Source: Rhizobium phage RHph_X3_2
Strand: one strand, 5' to 3'
DNA length: 32,000 nt
Sequence record: MW960033.1
The stretch's first letter is position 1. The number at the start of each line of letters is the position of its first letter. The notes beneath the pieces were generated by a model. The model was not told the DNA's origin. It saw only the letters and a program-made list of their open reading frames with translations, and ran no database searches. The translations under genes were made by a program, and so were the position numbers. This document shows positions 19,019 through 26,117 of this stretch, one piece after another.

Positions 19019-19020
19019 GT

Positions 19021-19467
19021 TTATTCCCCTGTGTAGATTGCCGAGTTGGCGCCGTGCTCGCGCACCTCGACTGATGTCAATCGAACGCGCGGAGCATAGC
19101 CGTTCGATTGCAGCCACGTCTCCGCAGCGCCGAAAATATATTCGGCGAACTTCTCGCAGCCGACTGCCGGCAGGACGACGACGTCCGCAAGGCCGAGGCC
19201 GGCGAGGGCGCACAGCTCGTCCTTCTGCGGATCGTCCTCGGCGACTAGCAGCTTGTGGTCGAACGTGTCCTCCAGCATGCCCTTTAGCGACTTGAGCGAA
19301 CCGAAGTCAACGACCCAATTGCGCGCGTCCAGCTCGTCGGCCTCGAACTCGAGACGAACGGCGATGGCGTAGCCGTGAAGGAGGTTGCAATGGGATTCAG
19401 CGCGCCATTGCCGGAAGCAGCACGACAAACCAATGTCGTGCCCATACGTCTTTGTTGACTTGTACAT
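19021..19467 (-). CDS. queD: 6-carboxy-tetrahydropterin synthase-like, divergent metal motifs
   Basis: GLSCCFRQWRAESHCNLLHGYAIAV, WVVDFGSLKSLKGMLEDTFDHKLLVAEDDP, VEVREHGA. Confidence 0.8.
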   Translation of the reverse strand: MYKSTKTYGHDIGLSCCFRQWRAESHCNLLHGYAIAVRLEFEADELDARNWVVDFGSLKSLKGMLEDTFDHKLLVAEDDPQKDELCALAGLGLADVVVLPAVGCEKFAEYIFGAAETWLQSNGYAPRVRLTSVEVREHGANSAIYTGE

Positions 19468-19476
19468 CGGAATCCC

Positions 19477-20370
19477 TTATTCGGCGAGCTTGGCGAAGCC
19501 GTGCTTCTCGACAAAGTAGGCGAGCAGCTCCTGGACGTGCGGGTGCGTTTCCTCGAGAGGCTCGGCACCTTCGCGCAACATGTCATAGTTCGCCGTCTCC
19601 GGCAAATCCATGAGATCCTCGGCCCATGCGCGAATGACCAACGGGTCGGGCATGCCGGCTTCCTCGAACCCGTGAGCGCGCAGCACGGACGCGTGATCCT
19701 TGCCGGTCGGCGGGTACTCGCCGTTGTATGCGGTGTGCGAGTAGGCGAGCGCGGCATAACCACCCGGGAGCGACATGGCGAGCGCGATGGATTCGGCCTT
19801 GCTGAGCGTCATCAACGGGGTGTCAATGTACAGGGCGCCGGGTTCGCCTTTCATCCAGGCGACATCTAGGCCGAGCGCTTCGTTGATCGTTTCTTCGGCG
19901 CAGTCGATGAAATCCTCCCGGCAATCAGGGTAGTTCGCGTTGTCGGCCTGGCACACCCCAGTGACGAGATGACCGCAGCCGGCGACGACCGCACGGTTCG
20001 CGGCGAGCATGAGGAAGACGGCATTGCGCATCGGAACGAACGTCTTCTCCACGCGGTCGCCGATAATGGCTTCCATCTCGTCATGGTTCGAGTACGTTTC
20101 GAGCGCCTCGTCCTTGTTGGTCAGGGGCGACGTGCCGGCGAAGACGTTGCCCATTTTCACGACCTCATGGCCGATCACTCGGTCGCTCGCTGAACGGAAG
20201 AAGGCGACGACCGCGCGAGCCGAATCCAGCTCGATTGCGTGCTTCTGCCCGTAGTCGAACGAGACGCAATTAACGGTGTCATAATTGGCGAGTGCCCATG
20301 CAAGGCAAGTTGTCGAATCCTGGCCGCCGCTGAGGACGACCATGGCGGCACGGGGATTTAGCGTTGTCAT
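19477..20370 (-). CDS. queC: 7-cyano-7-deazaguanine synthase-like, lacks canonical C-terminal Cys cluster
   Basis: VVLSGGQDSTTCLAWAL, SFDYGQKHAIEL, VPMRNAVFLMLAANRA, YPDCREDFI, TPLMTLSKAESIALA. Confidence 0.88.
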   Translation of the reverse strand: MTTLNPRAAMVVLSGGQDSTTCLAWALANYDTVNCVSFDYGQKHAIELDSARAVVAFFRSASDRVIGHEVVKMGNVFAGTSPLTNKDEALETYSNHDEMEAIIGDRVEKTFVPMRNAVFLMLAANRAVVAGCGHLVTGVCQADNANYPDCREDFIDCAEETINEALGLDVAWMKGEPGALYIDTPLMTLSKAESIALAMSLPGGYAALAYSHTAYNGEYPPTGKDHASVLRAHGFEEAGMPDPLVIRAWAEDLMDLPETANYDMLREGAEPLEETHPHVQELLAYFVEKHGFAKLAE

Positions 20371-20400
20371 TGGTTTGTTCCTTTCAAAATGACAATCGGA

Positions 20401-20790
20401 TCAATGAACCAGCGCGAGAAGCGCGCTGGGCAAATCGTTGCGAACCCGGGTGACGTGGTAACGCAGCCACGGGCTTTGCTTTTCCCAAATGAACTTGGCA
20501 CGTTCGCCGAGGAAGGCAATCACAGGTATAGCATGCTGCTTGGCAAAGGCAAGCTCCATGGCGGTACCCCAAGAAGGCTCTTCGACCTTCACGATGACCG
20601 CCGAAGATTTCATGATGAGCCCATAGTCGAGCTTGACGATCTCGGCCGGCGTGACGTTCCGAGCGAGTTCGAACACCAGCGGGTCGAGCGCGAGCCAACC
20701 GACCGGGGCGTTGTTCGCCGCCTCTTGTCGCCAGGAGGAAGCATCAGCGGCGTGGGTGATCGACCCGGCGAGATAAAAATACTTCGACAT
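20401..20790 (-). CDS. Nucleoside 2-deoxyribosyltransferase-like protein
   Basis: YFYLAGSIT...WR.EA..., LDPLVFE, EIVKLDYGLIMKSSAVIVKVEEPSWGTAMELAFAK. Confidence 0.6.
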   Translation of the reverse strand: MSKYFYLAGSITHAADASSWRQEAANNAPVGWLALDPLVFELARNVTPAEIVKLDYGLIMKSSAVIVKVEEPSWGTAMELAFAKQHAIPVIAFLGERAKFIWEKQSPWLRYHVTRVRNDLPSALLALVH

Positions 20791-21038
20791 CAGAGGGTCA
20801 CCAGGCGATAGAAGTGTTTGTGGTTAAACTCGTCATCATCAAAGATAATGCGGCTCAGGCAAAAAGAACGGCGGGCGTGCTTGTCGTGGCAATGCCCGCT
20901 GATATACCAACCCGGCTGATAACCGAAATTGGCCTTGCCGAAGAACTCGACAGCATCGACCGTGATCGTGCGCGTTGCCGTAACACCTTTGTGGTTCAGA
21001 TATTTAAAACTGATGATTGTTTCATTCTCGGTGCTCAT
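20790..21038 (-). CDS. Small WYL-like domain protein
   Basis: ISFKYLNHKGVTATRTITVDAVEFF...GWYISGHCHDKHARRSFCLSRI resembles the WYL domain core. Confidence 0.4.
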   Translation of the reverse strand: MSTENETIISFKYLNHKGVTATRTITVDAVEFFGKANFGYQPGWYISGHCHDKHARRSFCLSRIIFDDDEFNHKHFYRLVTL

Positions 21039-21760
21039 TCTAACCCCGCGAGCTTGTGAAGTTGGACGCCGAGGATGTACCCATGCTTCATGGCCGATTT
21101 GGCGCAGGCGGCGAGGTTCTCAGCGTTCTTGACCGTATCCTTTTCATCGAAAGGATTCAAGAAGATTTTGCGGCGCTTTATGTCCGCTGGGCGGAAAGGA
21201 CGGCCGCCTTTGAAATGTTCAAGGGCGAACATGGGAAGCCCATCGTCGGGATCGACATAACCCGCTTGCAGTACGTATTTGAAGCAGTCGGCGAGCTCCG
21301 CGGTGCGCGCGTTGATCTTCGCTGTCTTCGGGCTGACCGTCAAGCTTACGCCGCTATATCGGATCAGTTCATCAGCAAGGGGATCAGGGGCAAACATGCC
21401 GTTGCTTTCAATCTGCACCTTGTATCCAGCCCAATGGCACAGGTTCAGGAACTCGCCGATCGGTTGACGAAACGGCTCGCCGCCGGTCACGACGATTAGC
21501 GGTTTTTGAGAACTTACTCCGAGCTCGCGTTGCTTCACAGCTTCGACCATCGAGAGGATTGTGCCCGGCGACAAAGAGCGCCGCCCTTCGGTGTACTCGG
21601 TGTCACAGCCCGGGCATTGCAGGTTGCAGCCGGCGAAGCGGACGAAGATCGACCGATGCCCCGTGTACGGACCCTCACCCTGAATGGTGAAGAACATCGA
21701 GTGCAGGTCGAGCGTTTCGGATTCCCGGACGTGTTTCTCGGGCGGTTGAGTATTCAACAT
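21035..21760 (-). CDS. queE: 7-carboxy-7-deazaguanine synthase (radical SAM)
   Basis: FFTIQGEGPYTGHRSIFVRFAGCNLQCPGCDTEY (CxxxCxxC), VVTGGEPFRQ, VQIESNG; RBS AAAAGGAG. Confidence 0.92.
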   Translation of the reverse strand: MLNTQPPEKHVRESETLDLHSMFFTIQGEGPYTGHRSIFVRFAGCNLQCPGCDTEYTEGRRSLSPGTILSMVEAVKQRELGVSSQKPLIVVTGGEPFRQPIGEFLNLCHWAGYKVQIESNGMFAPDPLADELIRYSGVSLTVSPKTAKINARTAELADCFKYVLQAGYVDPDDGLPMFALEHFKGGRPFRPADIKRRKIFLNPFDEKDTVKNAENLAACAKSAMKHGYILGVQLHKLAGLE

Positions 21761-21808
21761 GCGTAACTCCTTTTCAGTCGCGCCATGAGCGCTTTGTATC
21801 TTCTATCA

Positions 21809-22471
21809 TCAATCCGTGCCTTCCGGCACTTGCGAAAACGAAGAGGCAAGCCCAATTCCGAACCCCACCAAAACAGCGGGTTGTTGATCTGTTCGGGCTG
21901 CCTCCAACCCACGAAGTAACCTGGGCTCGCGCACCCTTTCTTGTGCCACATCTGTTCTAGCAAACGCTTCACGTCTTGCCCGTCGCATATTGGCTTTCGC
22001 GATCTCGTCGCACTTCTCATTAACCCAACTCCTGGTCGTTGTTCCCTGCTGGTGCCCGCGAACGTGGCGAACCAGGCGAGACCGCATATGGGACGTCCAT
22101 TCGCCCACCCCCTTGGCCCAAGCGCGCTCAGCGGCGCGGAAAGTCGCGGCGTATTGCAGTTTCACGCGCGCCCCGTCACCCTTTGTCGCCGCTTCATCGA
22201 ACCCGCCCCAGCGCATGATTGCAGCGAGGGCGTTGGTGTTGTCGCATTGCAGCATGAGGACCTGGACGTCCGCAAGGTCGCCCTGCTCATGCAGAAACTT
22301 GATTGTGCGGTGAATGCCGAGCAGTTCGGCGCAGGACGAACTAGTCGTCTTTTCGAGCTGCTCGCCGAGCGTGTAGCCCTTGCTCCATCCGTCCTTCTTA
22401 ACCCACGCACCGACGCCACCAGCGAGCGTGCGAGGGCACCAGGACGCATCTACAAAGATTGTCATGTTCAT
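21809..22471 (-). CDS. Ribonuclease H
   Basis: FVDASWCP, SSSCAELLGIHRTIKFL, LQCDNTNAL, VRGHQ..SWVNEKCDEIAK; 3' end reading frame uncertain. Confidence 0.7.
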   Translation of the reverse strand: MNMTIFVDASWCPRTLAGGVGAWVKKDGWSKGYTLGEQLEKTTSSSCAELLGIHRTIKFLHEQGDLADVQVLMLQCDNTNALAAIMRWGGFDEAATKGDGARVKLQYAATFRAAERAWAKGVGEWTSHMRSRLVRHVRGHQQGTTTRSWVNEKCDEIAKANMRRARREAFARTDVAQERVREPRLLRGLEAARTDQQPAVLVGFGIGLASSFSQVPEGTD

Positions 22472-22800
22472 TGAAGACGTCCGGCGACCTGCTGATCGGC
22501 CTGCGGCACAACATGGCTCAGGCGGACGAGGTGGGCAACGTCGGCCTCGCGAACCAGCTTGGTCGCCGCGTCAATGATGCGCTCTTCCTCGAATGGGAGG
22601 ATCTCTTGGGCGAGCGCGGAATTGCCCTTGATTAGAACCATCTCGACGTTCTCGAGCGTGTACGGTCGCACCAGCAGGTAGATCTCGTGACGCTGCGACA
22701 AAAGGTCATATTTGCGGGTAAGGCCCATTTCCATCGGCACGGCAAGGGTCTGCCGCGTATCGCCAGCAATACAGGCGATGTACGTAACACCAAGTATCAT
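22468..22800 (-). CDS. Hypothetical protein
   Basis: 110 aa ORF, 4-nt overlap with RNase H gene. Confidence 0.55.
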   Translation of the reverse strand: MILGVTYIACIAGDTRQTLAVPMEMGLTRKYDLLSQRHEIYLLVRPYTLENVEMVLIKGNSALAQEILPFEEERIIDAATKLVREADVAHLVRLSHVVPQADQQVAGRLQ

Positions 22801-22943
22801 TGTCCTGAAACCTCGTTTAGGAAAGGGCCGCCGCCCCTAATTCACCGTCCCAGGATGAGCCATCCCGGCGAGGTTTTCAACTCAATTTGTGGGTTCCTCA
22901 TGACGGGAACCCAATTGTTGTAACAGATATGCACTATCCGCGA

Positions 22944-22966
22944 AAATGGGGTCAGAGACCCCATTT
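22944..22966 (-). terminator. Rho-independent terminator overlapping the stop codon of 22952..23776
   Basis: AAATGGGGTC/GACCCCATTT, 10-bp stem with 3-nt loop, T4 on the - strand. Confidence 0.75.
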
Positions 22967-23776
22967 CCCCTCGCAGATCGGGCCGATGCCGTTGGCAACG
23001 GAAACCGCATCGGTCAGTTCGCGACCGCAGCAGCAGCAAATCCCGGTCGAGCGACCGTAGGCGATTGCAGCGCCCTTCGGATCCTTTGCGATTTCCTCGA
23101 GCAGGTCGCCGACGTCCTTCGCTGCGGCGCTGACGGCGAAGTACTTGCCCGATACAATCTTGCCAGCGTACTCGCCCTTGTCCGTCACGTAGAGCGTGTC
23201 CGCGTGACGCTTGGCGACCTTGATAGTCAGGCGTTCGGTGCGGAACTGCGGGGCCTTGAGGCCGTTGCCCATTGCGGTTTCGAACAGGGCATTGATTGCA
23301 TCGATGCCGATGTCCTTCGCCTTTGCCTCGCGTTCCTTGGCGCGCTCAGCCTTGCGTTCGGCGTCGCGGGCATCAGCCTTGGCAATCGCCGCTTGGGCGC
23401 ATTCGATCTGACGGTCGGACAGTTTGCGCTGGTCGTTCATGACCTGGTTGAGCATGCCGGCGAGGAAGTTGCTCCACGAATGACGGCGAAGGCCATCAAT
23501 CAGTTCGGCGTTCTCGGTGCACCATGCTTCGAAGTTGCGCGCCGCGGTGATTTTGCCCTTGTGAGCGGCCATGCGGCGGTTCGAGATCTTGCCCTTGCCA
23601 TCGCACTTGAAGCAGCGACCGCAGCCCTTCCAGACGCCCGAACCGCCACAGGAGGGGCAGTTGTGCGTGCCTTCGCCGCCGTTCGCGACATGGGCATTCT
23701 TGCGGATGTCGGCCGCGTTGTCGACCTGGTTGCGGGGTTCGAGGCCGTCGTCCATATCGTCAAACATGCCACCCAT
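22952..23776 (-). CDS. Zinc-finger protein: DnaJ-like CxxCxGxG region plus C-terminal Cys cluster (DUF6011-like)
   Basis: NCPSCGGSGVWKGCGRCFKCDGKGK; GICCCCGRELTDAVSVANGIGPICEGKWG; AAGGAG RBS upstream of ATG at 23774-23776. Confidence 0.75.
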   Translation of the reverse strand: MGGMFDDMDDGLEPRNQVDNAADIRKNAHVANGGEGTHNCPSCGGSGVWKGCGRCFKCDGKGKISNRRMAAHKGKITAARNFEAWCTENAELIDGLRRHSWSNFLAGMLNQVMNDQRKLSDRQIECAQAAIAKADARDAERKAERAKEREAKAKDIGIDAINALFETAMGNGLKAPQFRTERLTIKVAKRHADTLYVTDKGEYAGKIVSGKYFAVSAAAKDVGDLLEEIAKDPKGAAIAYGRSTGICCCCGRELTDAVSVANGIGPICEGKWGL

Positions 23777-23813
23777 TTCAGTGCTCCTTGTCTTGCGTCG
23801 TTTCGATGATTTG

Positions 23814-23842
23814 TTTATCTCACGAACCGCAGATAAGGGCAA
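23814..23842 (-). promoter_or_regulatory. Promoter TTGCCC-N17-GATAAA
   Basis: -35 at 23837-23842, -10 at 23814-23819. Confidence 0.65.
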
Positions 23843-23854
23843 CTGGCAAAAGAA

Positions 23855-23882
23855 AAGGGACCCCGATTTCTCGGAGTCCCTT
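23855..23882 (-). terminator. Rho-independent terminator with GAAA tetraloop
   Basis: 12-bp stem AAGGGACTCCGA-GAAA-TCGGGGTCCCTT followed by TTC TTTT on the - strand. Confidence 0.85.
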
Positions 23883-23910
23883 CGCCCACCGCGCGAAGCA
23901 GGGAGGAGCA

Positions 23911-24627
23911 TTACTTCGCGTCGGCATTGCCCTTGACGGCGGCGGCGAGCTGTTCGCGGGCCTTCGCCTTCTTGGCCTCGGCGTCGGCGAGTTCAGCCTT
24001 GCGAGCCTCGGCCTTTTCAGCCTTGGCAGCCTCGCGTTCCTTCTGCTTCGCGAGCTTCTCGGCTTCCTTGGCGTCGGCCTTCGCCTTGGCGTCGGCTTCG
24101 CGCTTCGCCTTCTCGGCGGCGAGCTGTTCCGCCTTCTGCTTCGCGGCGAGCTCCCGAGCTTCGGCCGCAGCCTTCGCCTTGGCTTCCTTCTCAGCTTTCG
24201 CCTTCTCGACGGCCTCGGCACGCTCAGCAGCGCGGGCTTCGCGCTCCTTGTCGCGGAGGGCCTGCTTCTCGGCGCGCTCCTTGTCGCGCTCGGCACGGCG
24301 CTTTTCTTCCTCGGCCGAACGCTCGGCGGTGCGAGCCTTCACGCGTTCCTGGCGCTCAGCTTCGCGCTGGTCGGCGATGGCCTTCTGGTGACCGTGGAAG
24401 GAGACCCAGCGTGCATACTGCGTCGCAGCGGTGGCATGCGCCGCGGTCGGGTCGGCCTTCTGAACCGCTTCGATCACTTCCTTGCGGCCGGCGACCTTGC
24501 CGGTGGACTTCGTGATCTCGTCGGCGATGTCCCAAATCTTGCGAATGGTCGTGCCTTCGCCCGGGAGGACGATGCCGTTCTGTTCGATGCGCACCTTGGC
24601 GGCCGGTGCAGTCGTCTGGTCGTTCAT
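23911..24627 (-). CDS. Ala/Lys/Glu-rich coiled-coil protein with N-terminal TAxTQYxxW-type module
   Basis: MNDQTTAPAAKV...RKEVIEAVQKADPTAAHATAATQYARW, then long KAEREAK repeats. Confidence 0.7.
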   Translation of the reverse strand: MNDQTTAPAAKVRIEQNGIVLPGEGTTIRKIWDIADEITKSTGKVAGRKEVIEAVQKADPTAAHATAATQYARWVSFHGHQKAIADQREAERQERVKARTAERSAEEEKRRAERDKERAEKQALRDKEREARAAERAEAVEKAKAEKEAKAKAAAEARELAAKQKAEQLAAEKAKREADAKAKADAKEAEKLAKQKEREAAKAEKAEARKAELADAEAKKAKAREQLAAAVKGNADAK

Positions 24628-24673
24628 TGTTTCAGATCCTCGTTTGATTGATGATGTCCTAAACGTAACGGGC

Positions 24674-24700
24674 ATTCCGTGGGGACGCACCCCACGGAAT
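24674..24700. repeat. Perfect 11-bp inverted repeat ATTCCGTGGGG-acgca-CCCCACGGAAT in intergenic region
   Basis: Direct reading of sequence. Confidence 0.85.
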
Positions 24701-24713
24701 TAACTTTTGGGAA

Positions 24714-25289
24714 TCATGCACCCTTGGACTTCGCCCAGCGATAAACCTGGGTTTGCGCAGTCGCCTTGTTTACCCCGCGTTCGACGCAAGCGGCAATGAT
24801 TGCGGTGCGTAATTCCTTGGTCATCGCACCGGGGTTGTCGCACATTTCATCGGCGATCGCCCAAACCAGCTTGGTCGGGGATTCAACGTCCGACTTCGCG
24901 CGTGGACCTGCGGCGGTCGCCTTGTGCTCGCGGGAGCGGTGCTCAAAAGCCTCTTTGTCGCCGCTCCAAAGGGACGGCGTGATCGGTTCGATCTCGATGC
25001 CTTCCGGGATCGTTTCGGGGATTTCCTCCTTGAAGCAGGTCACGATAAGCACGACGCGCGTACCAGGTTGGCGACCCTCATCCACTGAATGAACCTCGAC
25101 ATGGGACACCCAGTCGCAGGCCTCGGCGAATGCGATAGCAGGGTCGAGCGCGGGGTTGGTGTCGGGCATCTTAAACAGCCGCCACCCTTCGTTGCCGACG
25201 CGCAGCGAACGGAAGGCCTTGACACCCTCGCGCCGCGCCTTGCGCAGGCATTGACCCCGTGTAGCGAAACTTCCAATGAAATCAGACAT
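24714..25289 (-). CDS. Phage protein with C-terminal TAxTQxxxW-type module
   Basis: ...RTAIIAACVERGVNKATAQTQVYRWAKSKGA; RBS aaaggagc. Confidence 0.7.
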   Translation of the reverse strand: MSDFIGSFATRGQCLRKARREGVKAFRSLRVGNEGWRLFKMPDTNPALDPAIAFAEACDWVSHVEVHSVDEGRQPGTRVVLIVTCFKEEIPETIPEGIEIEPITPSLWSGDKEAFEHRSREHKATAAGPRAKSDVESPTKLVWAIADEMCDNPGAMTKELRTAIIAACVERGVNKATAQTQVYRWAKSKGA

Positions 25290-25316
25290 TTGCGTGCTCC
25301 TTTTGTTCGATGACCC

Positions 25317-25345
25317 TTTGTCGCATATCGCGAGGTTTAAGGCAA
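25317..25345 (-). promoter_or_regulatory. Promoter TTGCCT-N17-GACAAA
   Basis: -35 at 25340-25345, -10 at 25317-25322. Confidence 0.6.
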
Positions 25346-25420
25346 CCGCTTTACAGCGATTGCCAGAATAATTAATCCCAGGATTGCGCCGAGGACAACG
25401 AACGTGACGACCGCGGTCAT
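25337..25420 (-). CDS. Unlisted 27-aa single-TM peptide MTAVVTFVVLGAILGLIILAIAVKRLP
   Basis: ATG overlaps TGA of the upstream DUF2786-like gene (ATGA, 4 nt). Confidence 0.55.
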   Translation of the reverse strand: MTAVVTFVVLGAILGLIILAIAVKRLP

Positions 25421-26094
25421 TTCAACACCTTGACGTGCTTACCGGTCGCCTGGACGCTCAGGCTGATCTTGTCAGCGTGCTCCCGGGCGGCGGTCGAAGT
25501 CGAAACCTTGCGAGCTTTGCCGGCGCGAAGGTTGGAGAACGTTTCGTCCATGTATGCCTGGACGTCGGTCACCGGGATGAGGCCCTTGCCGACCAGGTCG
25601 GAGCGAACCTTCTCGTTCGCGACGTTCAGCGCGTGAACACGGAGTGTCAACGCGTGGGCGACCTGGCGCTGGGCGACGGCGAGAGTGACGTTGTGCTCGG
25701 CGGTCAACTTGGTCGCAGCCCGGCGAAGCTGGGTGACGACAAAGGGGAGCATCAGTTCGAAAGTTTCCCGCGCCGACTGACGGCCGACCACGATGTAAGA
25801 AAAGTGATTCCTGTGCTTCGTCCAAATGGTCGAGCAGCCGTAGTACATCGCGAGGTTGTGAGCGAGAAGCTTGATCCAGCTCATGGACGCGTAGCACTTG
25901 AACTCGCCGGTCATATGGCTCAGCGGGTCGTTGTCGCCCATCGCGCGGACTTCGTGCATCTCGACCTGGTGCTTTTCGAGAAGCTCGTTGACCTTCGCCA
26001 TGAAGGTCGCCGCCTCGAACTCGTTGTCGGTGCCTTCGGCCTTGGCGAGCAGGGCGGCGATCTTTTTCTTGATGCTGTCGGACATGTTAGTCAC
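25417..26094 (-). CDS. DUF2786-like protein
   Basis: KKKIAALLAKAEGTDNEFEAATFMAKVNELLEKHQVE N-terminal motif. Confidence 0.75.
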   Translation of the reverse strand: MTNMSDSIKKKIAALLAKAEGTDNEFEAATFMAKVNELLEKHQVEMHEVRAMGDNDPLSHMTGEFKCYASMSWIKLLAHNLAMYYGCSTIWTKHRNHFSYIVVGRQSARETFELMLPFVVTQLRRAATKLTAEHNVTLAVAQRQVAHALTLRVHALNVANEKVRSDLVGKGLIPVTDVQAYMDETFSNLRAGKARKVSTSTAAREHADKISLSVQATGKHVKVLK

Positions 26095-26117
26095 TCCGTT
26101 TGCGTTTCGTTGATATG

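Noticed and set aside
22842-23039. 65-aa - strand ORF in the gap upstream of 22800
   Set aside because: Crosses the terminator and overlaps the Zn-finger gene end; only the last 19 codons lie in the gap. The GGGTTCC/GGAACCC repeat there (22891-22912) has no T-run.
23788-24651. 287-aa Leu-rich + strand ORF
   Set aside because: Antisense of the Ala/Lys/Glu repeat-rich coiled-coil gene; Leu richness is the reverse reading of that composition.
24627-24673. Sixth GATAAA-type promoter (GACATC) before the coiled-coil gene
   Set aside because: Downstream sequence resembles the family, but no TTG-type -35 is found 17 bp upstream.
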